Shown: positions 1-9,579 of the stretch, one piece after another
Position numbering within the stretch: position 1 is the first letter of the stretch
Layout of the letters: each line of letters begins with the position of its first letter
Source of the DNA: a virus
Lineage: Duplodnaviria > Caudoviricetes
Virus record (IMG/VR): IMGVR_UViG_3300042446_001590
Location: 1 to 54,791 of that record
Reading direction: 5' to 3' (one strand)
Length of the DNA: 54,791 nt
The notes under the pieces: generated by a model
Told to the model about the DNA's origin: nothing
Seen by the model: only the letters and a program-made list of their open reading frames with translations
The model's database searches: none
Translations under genes and position numbers: made by a program

Positions 1-1
1 C

Positions 2-1288
2 CCAAGTAGCACTCTTCAAGTAGTAGGAAATGTTGTAGCAACATCATTTACAGGTTCATTCTCAGGTTCACTTACAGGTACAATAACAACAGCAACAAAT
101 GCTACAAACATAACTGTAACAGCAGATTCAACTAATATTAGTAGATACTTAACCTTTGTAGGAAGTACAAGTGGAAATAATGGAACCTTAGTAAATGCTG
201 ACCTTCTATATAATCCATCAACAGACTTATTATCAATTAATAATATGTGGGTATGGAAGGGAAAGAATAATACAGCAAACTCTGACAATGTGTTTATTGG
301 TTCTGGTTCTGGAGCAAACTTAAGTGCTTGGGCTTCTAATTCAGCTGATAGAAATACAGGATTAGGTCACTTTACCGGTAATGCTTTAACAACAGGTAGA
401 GCAAACATGATGTTTGGATTTGGTGCTGGACAATTACTTACAACTGGTAGCTTTAACGTGTTTATTGGCCAACAAGCAGGTGTATTATCTACAACAAACA
501 CAGGTAACTGTGCTTTAGGTTCATTATCTTATTATGCTTTTCAAAATGCAAGTTCAAATTATAACACAGCTATAGGTTATTTAGCTTTAAGAGGTACTGT
601 AGCAAGTTCAGGTTCAAATACAGCAGCATATAATGTAGCTATAGGTAATGAGGCGGGAGTAACAACAACTTCAGGCAATTACAATACTATAGTAGGCTCG
701 TATGCTGGAGGCTTAATTACATCTGGAGGAGGTAATACTTTAATAGGTTCAGGTTCTGGAGCTTCAATAACAACAGGAACCCATAACACACTTGTGGGTA
801 AATATGCAGGAACAACTACTCTAACTTCTACTGTAGTTTTATCTGATGGATTAGGAAATATTAAATTCCATGCTACAGGAAGTAGAACTACAATATCAGG
901 ATCATTAGCTATTGGAGGAATAGCAGCTAGTGCAACAGTAGGTAGATTTGATGCTTCAAATGATGTTGTAGCTTACTCAACTTCAGATATTCGCTTAAAA
1001 GAAAATATACAGCCTATAGAAAATGCTTTATATAAAGTAAACCAAATTTCAGGTAATACATTTGATTGGAAATCTGATCCTGAATTAACTATACTACATG
1101 GTTTTAAAGGTAAAGATATAGGGATTATAGCTCAAGAGATTGAATCCATATTACCTGAAGTGGTCACTACTAGAGATAGTGGATACAAAGCCGTCAAGTA
1201 TGAAAAGTTAGTACCACTGCTAATTGAAGCTATTAAAGAATTAACTGATAAAGTAAATAATTTAGAAGAACAACTTAAAAATAAATAA
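2..1288 (+). CDS. Tail fibre/spike protein with C-terminal peptidase S74 intramolecular chaperone (5'-truncated by window edge)
   Basis: Frame of ORF 245..1288 is open back to position 2; G/N/T-rich NxxxG repeats; C-terminal 'STSDIRLKENIQPI...IGIIAQEIE..LPEVV...V.YEKLVPLLIEAIKEL' is the S74 signature. Confidence 0.85.
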   Translation, partial: PSSTLQVVGNVVATSFTGSFSGSLTGTITTATNATNITVTADSTNISRYLTFVGSTSGNNGTLVNADLLYNPSTDLLSINNMWVWKGKNNTANSDNVFIGSGSGANLSAWASNSADRNTGLGHFTGNALTTGRANMMFGFGAGQLLTTGSFNVFIGQQAGVLSTTNTGNCALGSLSYYAFQNASSNYNTAIGYLALRGTVASSGSNTAAYNVAIGNEAGVTTTSGNYNTIVGSYAGGLITSGGGNTLIGSGSGASITTGTHNTLVGKYAGTTTLTSTVVLSDGLGNIKFHATGSRTTISGSLAIGGIAASATVGRFDASNDVVAYSTSDIRLKENIQPIENALYKVNQISGNTFDWKSDPELTILHGFKGKDIGIIAQEIESILPEVVTTRDSGYKAVKYEKLVPLLIEAIKELTDKVNNLEEQLKNK

Positions 1289-1290
1289 TT

Positions 1291-1872
1291 ATGACGTTAC
1301 CCGCTTCAGGTCCTATTTCTTCTAGTATGGTAAATGTTGAATTTGGAAGATCAGCTACTGCTAATATAAGCTTAGAAAATGCAATTATAGGCTTATACTC
1401 AGATACAAGTGAAATTAATAGAAATACCGTGGCCGGTCGCGACATTTTTGCTTTAGCTAACGGACCAATAGAAAATTGGAATTTAAGTGTTTTTCGAGGA
1501 TACAACCAAAACGCTCCTTTACATTGGTCGCATTATATTTCAAATTCAACTGCATTTACATTAGGTGTTGGTGTTGTAATTAATGTAACATTTGTAGGAC
1601 CAACTTCTATATTTGGAACTTCTATTTCACCTAATGGGGAGTCTTTCGGAGATAATGATAGCACTGGATTATTAACAGGCACATACGATACAGGCGATAT
1701 TTTATTTTCAGTTACTGGTCGAGAAGATCAAAATGTTAGTATATATTGTTATGATACTGACTCTGGGGTGCAAATATATAATGGAAGTCTTTTAACACCA
1801 TTTTCAAATTTAAATTTGGGCACTATATATAGACACCAAAGATTTACTTTAGAGGTAACAATAACAAGTTAA
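1291..1872 (+). CDS. Putative virion/fibre-associated protein
   Basis: 193 aa; N-terminus 'MTLPASGPISSSMVNVEFG' resembles small proteins often found after S74 fibre genes; 2 nt after fibre stop. Confidence 0.5.
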   Translation: MTLPASGPISSSMVNVEFGRSATANISLENAIIGLYSDTSEINRNTVAGRDIFALANGPIENWNLSVFRGYNQNAPLHWSHYISNSTAFTLGVGVVINVTFVGPTSIFGTSISPNGESFGDNDSTGLLTGTYDTGDILFSVTGREDQNVSIYCYDTDSGVQIYNGSLLTPFSNLNLGTIYRHQRFTLEVTITS

Positions 1873-1908
1873 TTAAAAAAAATATATATTTATACTAAAA
1901 TAACAATT

Positions 1909-2283
1909 ATGGCAATCGAAATCAAAAACTTCAGCCCAGTATGGGAATTTATTCAACCAAATTTTGGTCCAATGATGGGAACTGCAATCCCACAATATTA
2001 TGATGGAGCTTATATGTTCCTACAATGTTCAATCAACAATGGTACATCTATCAGTGTAAGTGCAAACTTATGGGATAAGAAACCAGAGTGGACTCCAGGT
2101 GAATCAGGTTCAACTGATTACAATGGTGCTAGAACAATCACTAACTTAAACTTCGGTACTGTAGATACAGACGTTGAAGGTAATGTATTATTAGCTGCAC
2201 ACAACTATGTAGTATCATCATCATTATCTAACAATCCAGGTGTTGAATTTAACATAATCAATCTTTCAGGATCTGTAATCTAA
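1909..2283 (+). CDS. Hypothetical protein
   Basis: 124 aa ORF preceded by ATATTTAT motif. Confidence 0.6.
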   Translation: MAIEIKNFSPVWEFIQPNFGPMMGTAIPQYYDGAYMFLQCSINNGTSISVSANLWDKKPEWTPGESGSTDYNGARTITNLNFGTVDTDVEGNVLLAAHNYVVSSSLSNNPGVEFNIINLSGSVI

Positions 2284-2315
2284 TTTGGCGTTTTAGGAAA
2301 GTTTTTATATATTTA
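2284..2315 (+). promoter_or_regulatory. Bacteroidota-type -33/-7 promoter overlapping an ATATTTAT motif
   Basis: TTTG 2284-2287, 20-nt spacer, TATATTTA 2308-2315. Confidence 0.6.
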
Positions 2316-2347
2316 TATACAAGAAACTTAAAACCCATTAAAACATT

Positions 2348-2590
2348 ATGTCAACATTTTTAATCTTTGTAGTAATTACATTATTAGTAGCTGTCGGTAT
2401 CGGATTCGTTATCGTAGGTAAAGAAAGTACACCAGAAAGTGATACTAAACCAAATGCCTTATTCCCAGTTGAGGATTATCCCTCATTTGAAGATGCCCCA
2501 GTAGCAGTAGAAAAGCCAGTGGTAGTAGCACCTAAGCCTAAGAAAAAATATTACAACAATAACAACAACAAAAAAACAACTAAAAAATAA
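2348..2590 (+). CDS. Small single-pass membrane protein with basic C-terminus
   Basis: N-terminal hydrophobic helix (FLIFVVITLLVAVGIGFVIV), K/N-rich tail. Confidence 0.6.
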   Translation: MSTFLIFVVITLLVAVGIGFVIVGKESTPESDTKPNALFPVEDYPSFEDAPVAVEKPVVVAPKPKKKYYNNNNNKKTTKK

Positions 2591-2592
2591 TT

Positions 2593-3051
2593 ATGTCTAG
2601 CATTAAATTAAAGTTACACGAATACTATTCATTGGATAGTGAAATCAACGGGTTTAAAAACCAAGCAACTGGTGAAGTATTATCTGAAGGCTTATTAGCT
2701 GAGAAATTAGGTTTGGTTACCAAATATTGGTTAACTGATCTATCTAAGAAAGTAGCAGACGAAAAAACAGCAATCGAAACCATGAAGACTGAATTAATCA
2801 AGAAACATGGCACTGAGGATGAAGATAAAAATATCTCAATTCCAATGTGGATCGATGAAGAAAAAGATGAAGATGGAAACATCATCTCAGCTAAACCAAA
2901 TCCAACATTCATTAAATTCCAAGAAGAATTCAATGCATTGTTGCAAGAGGAAAAAGAATTAGAATACCACGAATTTAAATTAGATGATTTCAAATCAGTA
3001 GAAACATCTGAAAACTACACTGTATTCTATAAATTAGTTCAAGTTGACTAA
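2593..3051 (+). CDS. Hypothetical acidic helical protein
   Basis: 152 aa, tightly coupled to neighbours. Confidence 0.6.
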   Translation: MSSIKLKLHEYYSLDSEINGFKNQATGEVLSEGLLAEKLGLVTKYWLTDLSKKVADEKTAIETMKTELIKKHGTEDEDKNISIPMWIDEEKDEDGNIISAKPNPTFIKFQEEFNALLQEEKELEYHEFKLDDFKSVETSENYTVFYKLVQVD

Positions 3052-3281
3052 TGAAACTGTTAGAAATAGCAGAAGCATGGATAATCGCTGAAAACCCAAA
3101 CCCTACTCAAAAGGCGATAGCCGAATATAGGGTTTCGGTTTGCGACCAATGTCCACATAAAACATTCAATAAAGTATTTGATTCGTTCCTATGTGGTATA
3201 TGCCATTGCCCATTAAGTAAAAAAGTATTTAGCTCGTTAGAAGGATCTAAAGCATGTCCTGAAGCGCGCTGGGAAAAATAA
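3051..3281 (+). CDS. Small Cys-rich metal-binding protein
   Basis: CxxC...CxxCxC...CP motif (R..VCDQCPH...CGICHCPL..K.....ACP..RW). Confidence 0.6.
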   Translation: MKLLEIAEAWIIAENPNPTQKAIAEYRVSVCDQCPHKTFNKVFDSFLCGICHCPLSKKVFSSLEGSKACPEARWEK

Positions 3282-3292
3282 AAATAAAGATT

Positions 3293-3565
3293 ATGTCAGA
3301 AGTACAAACATTAACCACAGAAGAATTAGATTCTATCAAAAACCTACAGAAAAAATATAATACAGTTATATTTGAATTAGGTAGCATTGAAGCGCAATTA
3401 ACAGCTATCCACAAACAAACGCAAGAATTAGAGGCGGAAAAGAAAAACGTTATCGTTGATCTAGAGAAGATAGGTGAAACTGAAAAAGAAGTAATTGATG
3501 CGCTTCAAGTTAAATATGGTGCAGGGAATATAAATATCGAAACGGGCGAGATTACCTCATTCTAA
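3293..3565 (+). CDS. Small coiled-coil protein upstream of tail sheath
   Basis: Heptad pattern; C-terminal 'KYGAGNINIETGEI'. Confidence 0.6.
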   Translation: MSEVQTLTTEELDSIKNLQKKYNTVIFELGSIEAQLTAIHKQTQELEAEKKNVIVDLEKIGETEKEVIDALQVKYGAGNINIETGEITSF

Positions 3566-3596
3566 TACTGTTTCTGCGTTTTATATAATTCTGTGA

Positions 3597-3604
3597 ATAT
3601 TTAT
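3597..3604 (+). promoter_or_regulatory. Putative late promoter ATATTTAT upstream of tail sheath
   Basis: Context AATATTTATTACTA is identical to that upstream of the tail tube gene; the octamer recurs before 12 genes. Confidence 0.6.
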
Positions 3605-3649
3605 TACTAGATTAATCCTATTAGTAAAATCATAAAATAACTACATAAA

Positions 3650-5401
3650 ATGGCAGAACAAATCATCTCTCCTGGAGTATTCCAGATAGAAACAGACCAA
3701 AGTATCTACACGCAACAGCCTCAAGAAATGGGCGCTGCTATCGTAGGTCCTACAGTATCAGGTCGTCCTTTAGTTCCAACGTACGTTACTACTTATTCGC
3801 AATTCCAATCACTTTTCGGTGAGCAATTCAAAAGTGGTAGCTATTATTACGAATATTTCACATCACAAGCTGCTAAAGAATACTTTAGCAATGGTGGAAA
3901 AACATTATTAGTAACTAGAATCATTAGTGGTTCATCAGGTATTAGTACGTATGCGACTTCAAACATTCCTGCACTTTCAGGTACAGGATCATCATTCCAA
4001 TTAGAAACATTATCTTGGGGTGCACAAATGAACAACACATCTAGTATGTCAAGTGGTTCATTAGACAGTGGCTCTATGTTTAACGTTCGTTGGGAAGTAA
4101 CAGCAGTAAATTCAGGAAGTGGTACATTTACCTTAATAGTTCGTCGTGGTGATGATAACAACAACACTAAAAATATTTTAGAAACATGGGCTAACATGAG
4201 TTTAGATCCACAACAATCTAACTATATTGCTCGTGTTATTGGTGATTTAAAACCAGTATATGTTGCGGCAACAGGTGGAAGTTCAGCTTATGTTAATTTC
4301 TCTGGATCATATTCAAACAAATCACAATACGTTCGTGTATCAGCAGTAACAGTTCCTCAAGTAGATTCAATCGACAACAACGGAGCATATAAAGCAACTC
4401 AATACAGCGGTAGTTTACCAGCAGTAGGAAGTGGTTCATATGGTGGTTCATTTAGTGGTGGTGTAGTAGATACAACAGCTATTAAACAAATGAATGAAAA
4501 TATTGGTACAGGTGCTAGTTATTCAACTGGTTCTACAGGTAACATTCAAGGATTTGGAACAGCAGATTACGCATTAGCATTTAATTTATTAACAAATAAA
4601 GACGAATACCAATTTAACGTATTATTAGCTCCAGGTGCTGGTTTAGATAGTGCTGCAGCAGCTACAATGATTTCTACAGCAGAAGGTAGAGGCGATGCAA
4701 TCGCAATTACAGATGCAGGTGTATATGGTACAGCAATTGCAACAGCAGCTCAAAACGCAGCTGGACAATCAAGTAACTACGCTGCTACTTATTATCCTTG
4801 GGTTCAATTATACTCAACTACATTAGGTAAAACAACATGGTGCCCACCATCAACAGTAATCGGTGGTGTATTAGCATTTAATGATAATGCTGGTGCTGAA
4901 TGGTTTGCTCCTGCTGGATTAAACAGAGGTGGTATTCCAAACGTACTATTAGCAGAACGTAAATTACAACAAACAGATCGCGATACATTATATAGTGCAA
5001 ATGTTAACCCATTAGCAACATTCCCAGGAACTGGAGTATGTGTTTGGGGTCAGAAAACATTACAACGTAAACCAACATCTTTAGACAGAATCAACGTTCG
5101 TCGTTTATTAATTGCTTTAAAAGATTTCGTTGGAAGTGTATCTCGTACATTAGTATTCGAACAAAACACAACAGTAACAAGAAATAGATTCTTATCTCAA
5201 GTTAATCCATACTTAGAATCAGTAGTACAACGTCAAGGTTTATACGCTTACAAAGTAGTAATGGATGATTCAAATAACACACCAGATGTTATTGATAGAA
5301 ACCAATTAGTAGGTCAAATTTATATCCAACCTACAAAAACGGCTGAATTTATTATATTAAACTTTAACTTACAACCAACTGGAGCAACGTTTCCAGGATA
5401 A
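3650..5401 (+). CDS. Contractile tail sheath protein
   Basis: N-terminal 'SPGVF..ETD'; 'WFAPAGLNRG', 'VWGQKTLQ', 'RINVRRLLI', 'FEQN', 'PTKTAEFI' sheath motifs. Confidence 0.95.
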   Translation: MAEQIISPGVFQIETDQSIYTQQPQEMGAAIVGPTVSGRPLVPTYVTTYSQFQSLFGEQFKSGSYYYEYFTSQAAKEYFSNGGKTLLVTRIISGSSGISTYATSNIPALSGTGSSFQLETLSWGAQMNNTSSMSSGSLDSGSMFNVRWEVTAVNSGSGTFTLIVRRGDDNNNTKNILETWANMSLDPQQSNYIARVIGDLKPVYVAATGGSSAYVNFSGSYSNKSQYVRVSAVTVPQVDSIDNNGAYKATQYSGSLPAVGSGSYGGSFSGGVVDTTAIKQMNENIGTGASYSTGSTGNIQGFGTADYALAFNLLTNKDEYQFNVLLAPGAGLDSAAAATMISTAEGRGDAIAITDAGVYGTAIATAAQNAAGQSSNYAATYYPWVQLYSTTLGKTTWCPPSTVIGGVLAFNDNAGAEWFAPAGLNRGGIPNVLLAERKLQQTDRDTLYSANVNPLATFPGTGVCVWGQKTLQRKPTSLDRINVRRLLIALKDFVGSVSRTLVFEQNTTVTRNRFLSQVNPYLESVVQRQGLYAYKVVMDDSNNTPDVIDRNQLVGQIYIQPTKTAEFIILNFNLQPTGATFPG

Positions 5402-5412
5402 TAAATAGAATC

Positions 5413-5447
5413 ATGTAGGGAAGCGCAAAGCTTCTCTACATATTTTT
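5413..5447 (+). terminator. Intrinsic terminator after sheath gene
   Basis: Stem ATGTAGGGAAGC / GCTTCTCTACAT followed by ATTTTT. Confidence 0.65.
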
Positions 5448-5490
5448 AAAATAATTAATATTTATTACTAAATATAATAATAACACTAAC

Positions 5491-5976
5491 ATGCCAGTAT
5501 TAAACCCTAACGAAATAATGTTCACGAGTTTTGAACCACAAGTTCAGAATCGTTTTTTAATGTACATAGATGGTATCCCTGCATATTTAATTAAGAAAGC
5601 TAGTGCTCCTTCATTAGATGCTGGTGAAATCGTATTAGATCACATCAATGTTTACCGTAAAATTAAAGGTAAAGTAAGATGGAATGATATGACATTAGAA
5701 CTATATAATCCAATTACACCATCAGGCGCGCAATCAGTAATGGAATGGGTACGTTTATCACACGAATCTGTAACAGGACGTGATGGTTACTCAGATTTCT
5801 ACAAGAAAGACTTAACATTAGATATTTTAGGTCCAGTAGGAGACGTTATTAGTGAGTGGGTAGTTAAAGGAGCATTTGTAAAATCTGCTAACTTTGGCGA
5901 CTATGATTGGAGTTCAGATGCAGCTGTTTCATTATCGATAACAATTGCTATGGACTATTGCGTATTGAATTTCTAA
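5491..5976 (+). CDS. Tail tube protein (T4 gp19-like)
   Basis: 161 aa after sheath; 'EPQVQNRF', 'KGKVRWNDMTL', 'W.VKGAFV' patterns. Confidence 0.9.
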   Translation: MPVLNPNEIMFTSFEPQVQNRFLMYIDGIPAYLIKKASAPSLDAGEIVLDHINVYRKIKGKVRWNDMTLELYNPITPSGAQSVMEWVRLSHESVTGRDGYSDFYKKDLTLDILGPVGDVISEWVVKGAFVKSANFGDYDWSSDAAVSLSITIAMDYCVLNF

Positions 5977-6011
5977 GAAATTACTTCTCCCGAAGTATAT
6001 ATCCAAAAATT

Positions 6012-6038
6012 GGTTTGGCTTTTGCCAAACCTTTTTTT
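6012..6038 (+). terminator. Intrinsic terminator after tail tube gene
   Basis: GGTTTGGC-TTTT-GCCAAACC followed by a T run. Confidence 0.8.
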
Positions 6039-6073
6039 ATCTTCATATTTATTGTAAACAAATAAAGTTATAA

Positions 6074-6844
6074 ATGGAAAATCCCGTTACAAAACCAAAA
6101 TTCCCTACTGAACAAGTAGACTTACCATCAAAAGGATTATTATATCCCAAAGACAATCCATTATCTAGTGGTGTTATTGAAATGAAATATATGACTGCGC
6201 GTGAAGAAGATATCCTCACAAACACTAACTATATTCGTCAAGGTACCGTTATTGATAAATTATTACAATCATTAATTGTAACACCAATTAACTATGATGA
6301 TTTATTGACAGGTGATAAAAACGCAATATTAGTTGCTGCTAGAGTATTAGGCTATGGTAAAGATTATGAATTTGCATACATTAACAGCCAAAATCAAGAG
6401 GTAAATGCGGTTGTAGACTTATCATTACTAAGTGATAAAGAAGTAGATACCTCGTTGTTTACCGCAGGTACCAACGAATTTTCGTTCAATTTACCGCATT
6501 CGGACAACCAAATCTCATTCAAACTATTAACACACGGTGATGAGAAGAAAATTGAAGCTGAAATTAAAGGATTACAGAAAGTCAATCCAAATTCATCATA
6601 CGATGTAACCACTCGTTTAAAATTCATGTTATTATCAGTTAATGGTAATCGTGATCAAAAAACAATACGTGATTTCGTAGATAATTATTTAATCGCTAAA
6701 GACGCTAGAGCATTACGTGAATATTATACCAAAATATCGCCAGATATTAGTATGAAATACACACCAGAAGATGATAGCTATACAGGGGAGGGTATAGACA
6801 TTCCCGTTTCTCTTAACTTTTTTTGGCCTGACTCCAAACTATAG
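6074..6844 (+). CDS. Baseplate hub/tail assembly chaperone (T4 gp26-like)
   Basis: 'LPSKGLLY', 'MTAREEDIL', ends 'FFWPD'; lies between tube and tape measure. Confidence 0.75.
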   Translation: MENPVTKPKFPTEQVDLPSKGLLYPKDNPLSSGVIEMKYMTAREEDILTNTNYIRQGTVIDKLLQSLIVTPINYDDLLTGDKNAILVAARVLGYGKDYEFAYINSQNQEVNAVVDLSLLSDKEVDTSLFTAGTNEFSFNLPHSDNQISFKLLTHGDEKKIEAEIKGLQKVNPNSSYDVTTRLKFMLLSVNGNRDQKTIRDFVDNYLIAKDARALREYYTKISPDISMKYTPEDDSYTGEGIDIPVSLNFFWPDSKL

Positions 6845-7091
6845 ATCAATATTCTTTGGCCAAATACATGAAATTGTATTTCATGGTAATGGCGGATATG
6901 ATTGGAATACTGTTTATGAAATGCCAATATGGTTGCGTAGGTACACATTTGAGAAATTAAAAGAATACTACGACAAACAACAGCAAGAGCAGGAAAAGCA
7001 AAGCAACATGATGACCAATAAAAGCAATAAAGACATAGCTAAACCTAACATATCACAACCAACTTATACAGCGAAGGTCCCTAAAAAATAG
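6819..7091 (+). CDS. Frameshift-accessed extension of tail assembly chaperone (gpGT/gp51-like); absent from ORF track
   Basis: +1 frame is open 6798-7091: FFGLTPNYRSIFFGQIHEIVFHGNGGYDWNTVYEMPIWLRRYTFEKLKEYYDKQ...KVPKK*; overlaps T7 run 6818-6824; first ATG only at 6921. Confidence 0.7.
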   Translation, partial: FFGLTPNYRSIFFGQIHEIVFHGNGGYDWNTVYEMPIWLRRYTFEKLKEYYDKQQQEQEKQSNMMTNKSNKDIAKPNISQPTYTAKVPKK

Positions 7092-7099
7092 GGACTTTC
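7073..7099 (+). terminator. Hairpin/terminator overlapping the stop of the frameshift ORF
   Basis: GAAGGTCCCTA-AAAAA-TAGGGACTTTC. Confidence 0.55.
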
Positions 7100-7125
7100 G
7101 ATATTTATACACATAATATTATATT

Positions 7126-9153
7126 ATGGCTGACGACAAAGAAAAAGTAATAAAGCAATTAAATAACGAATTAGATCAATTAGATACTAAATTAAAAAGT
7201 TTAACTGCTAGTTTAAAAGATAACATGATAACTCAATTATCTAATGCTAGTACTGAAGTCAAAAACTTAGTTACAAGTTTTGAAAAAGGTGATGATTTAA
7301 CTAAAGTAATTTCAAAAACAGCATCTGAAATAGCTAAAAATTATGAAAAAAATAATGCATTATCATTTAAAAGAAATAGATTAGAATTTGAGTTATCTCA
7401 AGCTATTCAAACAAACAACGTAAGAGAGGAGAGAAAAATTAGAAATAAATTACTCCAAAACAAGTTAACTATTGATCAATTAGATACTACTACCCAATTA
7501 CTTACAAAAATACAAGCTTTAGCAGAAGAAGAAGTTCGAATAACAGCTGAAAAGAAAAAACAAGCTAATATAGCTATAACTAGTCGAAAAATATTTGATG
7601 AATTTGTTAAACCATATAAAGAACTAGCTAGTGTTGAAGGTATATTAAAACTAATCATTAATTCAGCATTAACCTTTAATAAAATATCAACTGATATTGG
7701 TAAAAATTTAGGTTATGGTGGTGACGGTGCAGATAGAGTAGCAGGTAATTTTGTAAAAATTGCTAGAGATTCAAATAATGTAAACATTACCACCCAAAAT
7801 CTAGCAGAGGCATTTAATCAATTATCTGAAGCTACAGGGTTAGTATCTGAATACTCAGCTGATGCTTTAAAAACTCAAGTAATGTTAACCAAACAATTTG
7901 GTTTAACAGGTGAAGAAGCAGCAGGAGTATATAGATTATCAGTACTAAATGGAAAATCATCTGCTGAAATAAATAAAAGCATGGTTAGTGCGTTTGTAGC
8001 AGCACGTAATCAATTAGGAGTAGGTATTCCGTTTAAAGCTACAATGGCTGAAGCTGCTAAAATATCAGGACAATTAGCTGCTAATTTAAAAAATAATCCA
8101 CAATTATTAGTTCAAGCAGTAGCACAAGCAAAAGCATTAGGTACTACACTTGAACAAACTAAATCTCAAGGTGAAGCATTATTAAATTTTGAATCATCAA
8201 TTGAGAACGAATTAAAAGCAGAATTATTAACTGGTAAAGCAATAAATCTTGAACGCGCTAGAGCAGCAGCTTTAATGGGTGATCAAGTCACAGTTGCTAA
8301 AGAATTAGCTAATCAAGGCATGACGTTGGAAAAATTCCAAAACATGAACGTATTAGCTCAACAATCATTTGCTGCTGCTATTGGATTAAGTGCAGATGCT
8401 TTAGCTAACCAATTAAGACAACAAAAATTAGCAATTGAAAGTGGTAAATCATTAGCCCAAATTACAGAAGAAGAAGCATTAGAAGCCCAAAAACGCCAAA
8501 GCATACAAGATAAATTTAATGCTTCTATATTAAAACTACAGGATTTCTTTGGAAATCTACTATCAGGACCTGTAGGAGGATTTTTAACAGTATTAACTCA
8601 AAGTTTAGATGTAATTACTAGTATAGTTGCGGTAATGGGTACAATGTGGGGTTTAAGTAAAGCTATAGCTGCATTTAATGCCTTAACATTAGGACTTCAA
8701 ATAGGACAAAGAACAGCCGGGTTGTCATATAATGGTATATTATTAGCTAGACAAGCTCTACTTCAAGGAGAATTAACTAAATCTATAGGTATAGCAGCAG
8801 CTACCGCTTTTAAAAATCCTATACTAGCAATAGCAGGATTAGCAGCAGCATATGGTGCTATATCATTAATACGTAGTGCTTCTCAATCAGTAGAAGATGG
8901 AATAGCACCATCAAGCAAAGGTCCATTTACTATTACTGATAAATTCGGAGCAACAGCTATAACAAAAACCGGAGACGGATTAGCAGTATCACCTAATATA
9001 TCAAAAGGTGCAGATAATTCAGGTATGATAGCAGCTATCAATAGCTTACATCAAACATTAACCCAAAAGAATTTCAACCCAGTTGTTAGAACTTCAATCG
9101 GCGGTTCCGAAATAGCCATAACATCCGTTCAAAATTCTTTTAATATGGCTTAA
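7126..9153 (+). CDS. Tape measure protein
   Basis: 675 aa Ala/Leu/Gln-rich helical protein with hydrophobic C-terminal stretch; canonical position. Confidence 0.8.
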   Translation: MADDKEKVIKQLNNELDQLDTKLKSLTASLKDNMITQLSNASTEVKNLVTSFEKGDDLTKVISKTASEIAKNYEKNNALSFKRNRLEFELSQAIQTNNVREERKIRNKLLQNKLTIDQLDTTTQLLTKIQALAEEEVRITAEKKKQANIAITSRKIFDEFVKPYKELASVEGILKLIINSALTFNKISTDIGKNLGYGGDGADRVAGNFVKIARDSNNVNITTQNLAEAFNQLSEATGLVSEYSADALKTQVMLTKQFGLTGEEAAGVYRLSVLNGKSSAEINKSMVSAFVAARNQLGVGIPFKATMAEAAKISGQLAANLKNNPQLLVQAVAQAKALGTTLEQTKSQGEALLNFESSIENELKAELLTGKAINLERARAAALMGDQVTVAKELANQGMTLEKFQNMNVLAQQSFAAAIGLSADALANQLRQQKLAIESGKSLAQITEEEALEAQKRQSIQDKFNASILKLQDFFGNLLSGPVGGFLTVLTQSLDVITSIVAVMGTMWGLSKAIAAFNALTLGLQIGQRTAGLSYNGILLARQALLQGELTKSIGIAAATAFKNPILAIAGLAAAYGAISLIRSASQSVEDGIAPSSKGPFTITDKFGATAITKTGDGLAVSPNISKGADNSGMIAAINSLHQTLTQKNFNPVVRTSIGGSEIAITSVQNSFNMA

Positions 9154-9191
9154 TATTTTAATATTTATACCAAACAAATAACAATAAAACT

Positions 9192-9569
9192 ATGTCATTA
9201 ATCGATAAAATAAAACTAAGCACATTTAGTCTAGAAGGTAACGGATTTTTAGTTAACCGTGGCACACCAGCATGGGGTTATACTAATAAATTAATCAATG
9301 ATTTAACACCAGCATTAAGTAGATTACATTTGACTTATTCAGTAGATGGTAACCCATTTATGAGAATAAAAGATTTTAATACTAAAGCATTAGGTGGATC
9401 AAATCCTGTAAAAAAGCCATCACAATTAGATGAATTAGATCCAGATGCACCAACAAACACTCAAGTTGGAGCTCAAGTAGGACCTGGTGGACCCGTAGTA
9501 TCACAGATCTACAAGTCACCCCTTAGCCAACAATATAAGTCGAAAGGCCCAAAAGACGGACGTTACTAA
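9192..9569 (+). CDS. Hypothetical tail-module protein
   Basis: 125 aa, preceded by ATATTTAT. Confidence 0.55.
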   Translation: MSLIDKIKLSTFSLEGNGFLVNRGTPAWGYTNKLINDLTPALSRLHLTYSVDGNPFMRIKDFNTKALGGSNPVKKPSQLDELDPDAPTNTQVGAQVGPGGPVVSQIYKSPLSQQYKSKGPKDGRY

Positions 9570-9579
9570 TACTAAATAA

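Noticed and set aside
6014-6045. TTTG-N20-TATCTTCA promoter match before the chaperone gene
   Set aside because: It coincides with the terminator hairpin and T tract, so it may be a chance match; the adjacent ATATTTAT explains expression better
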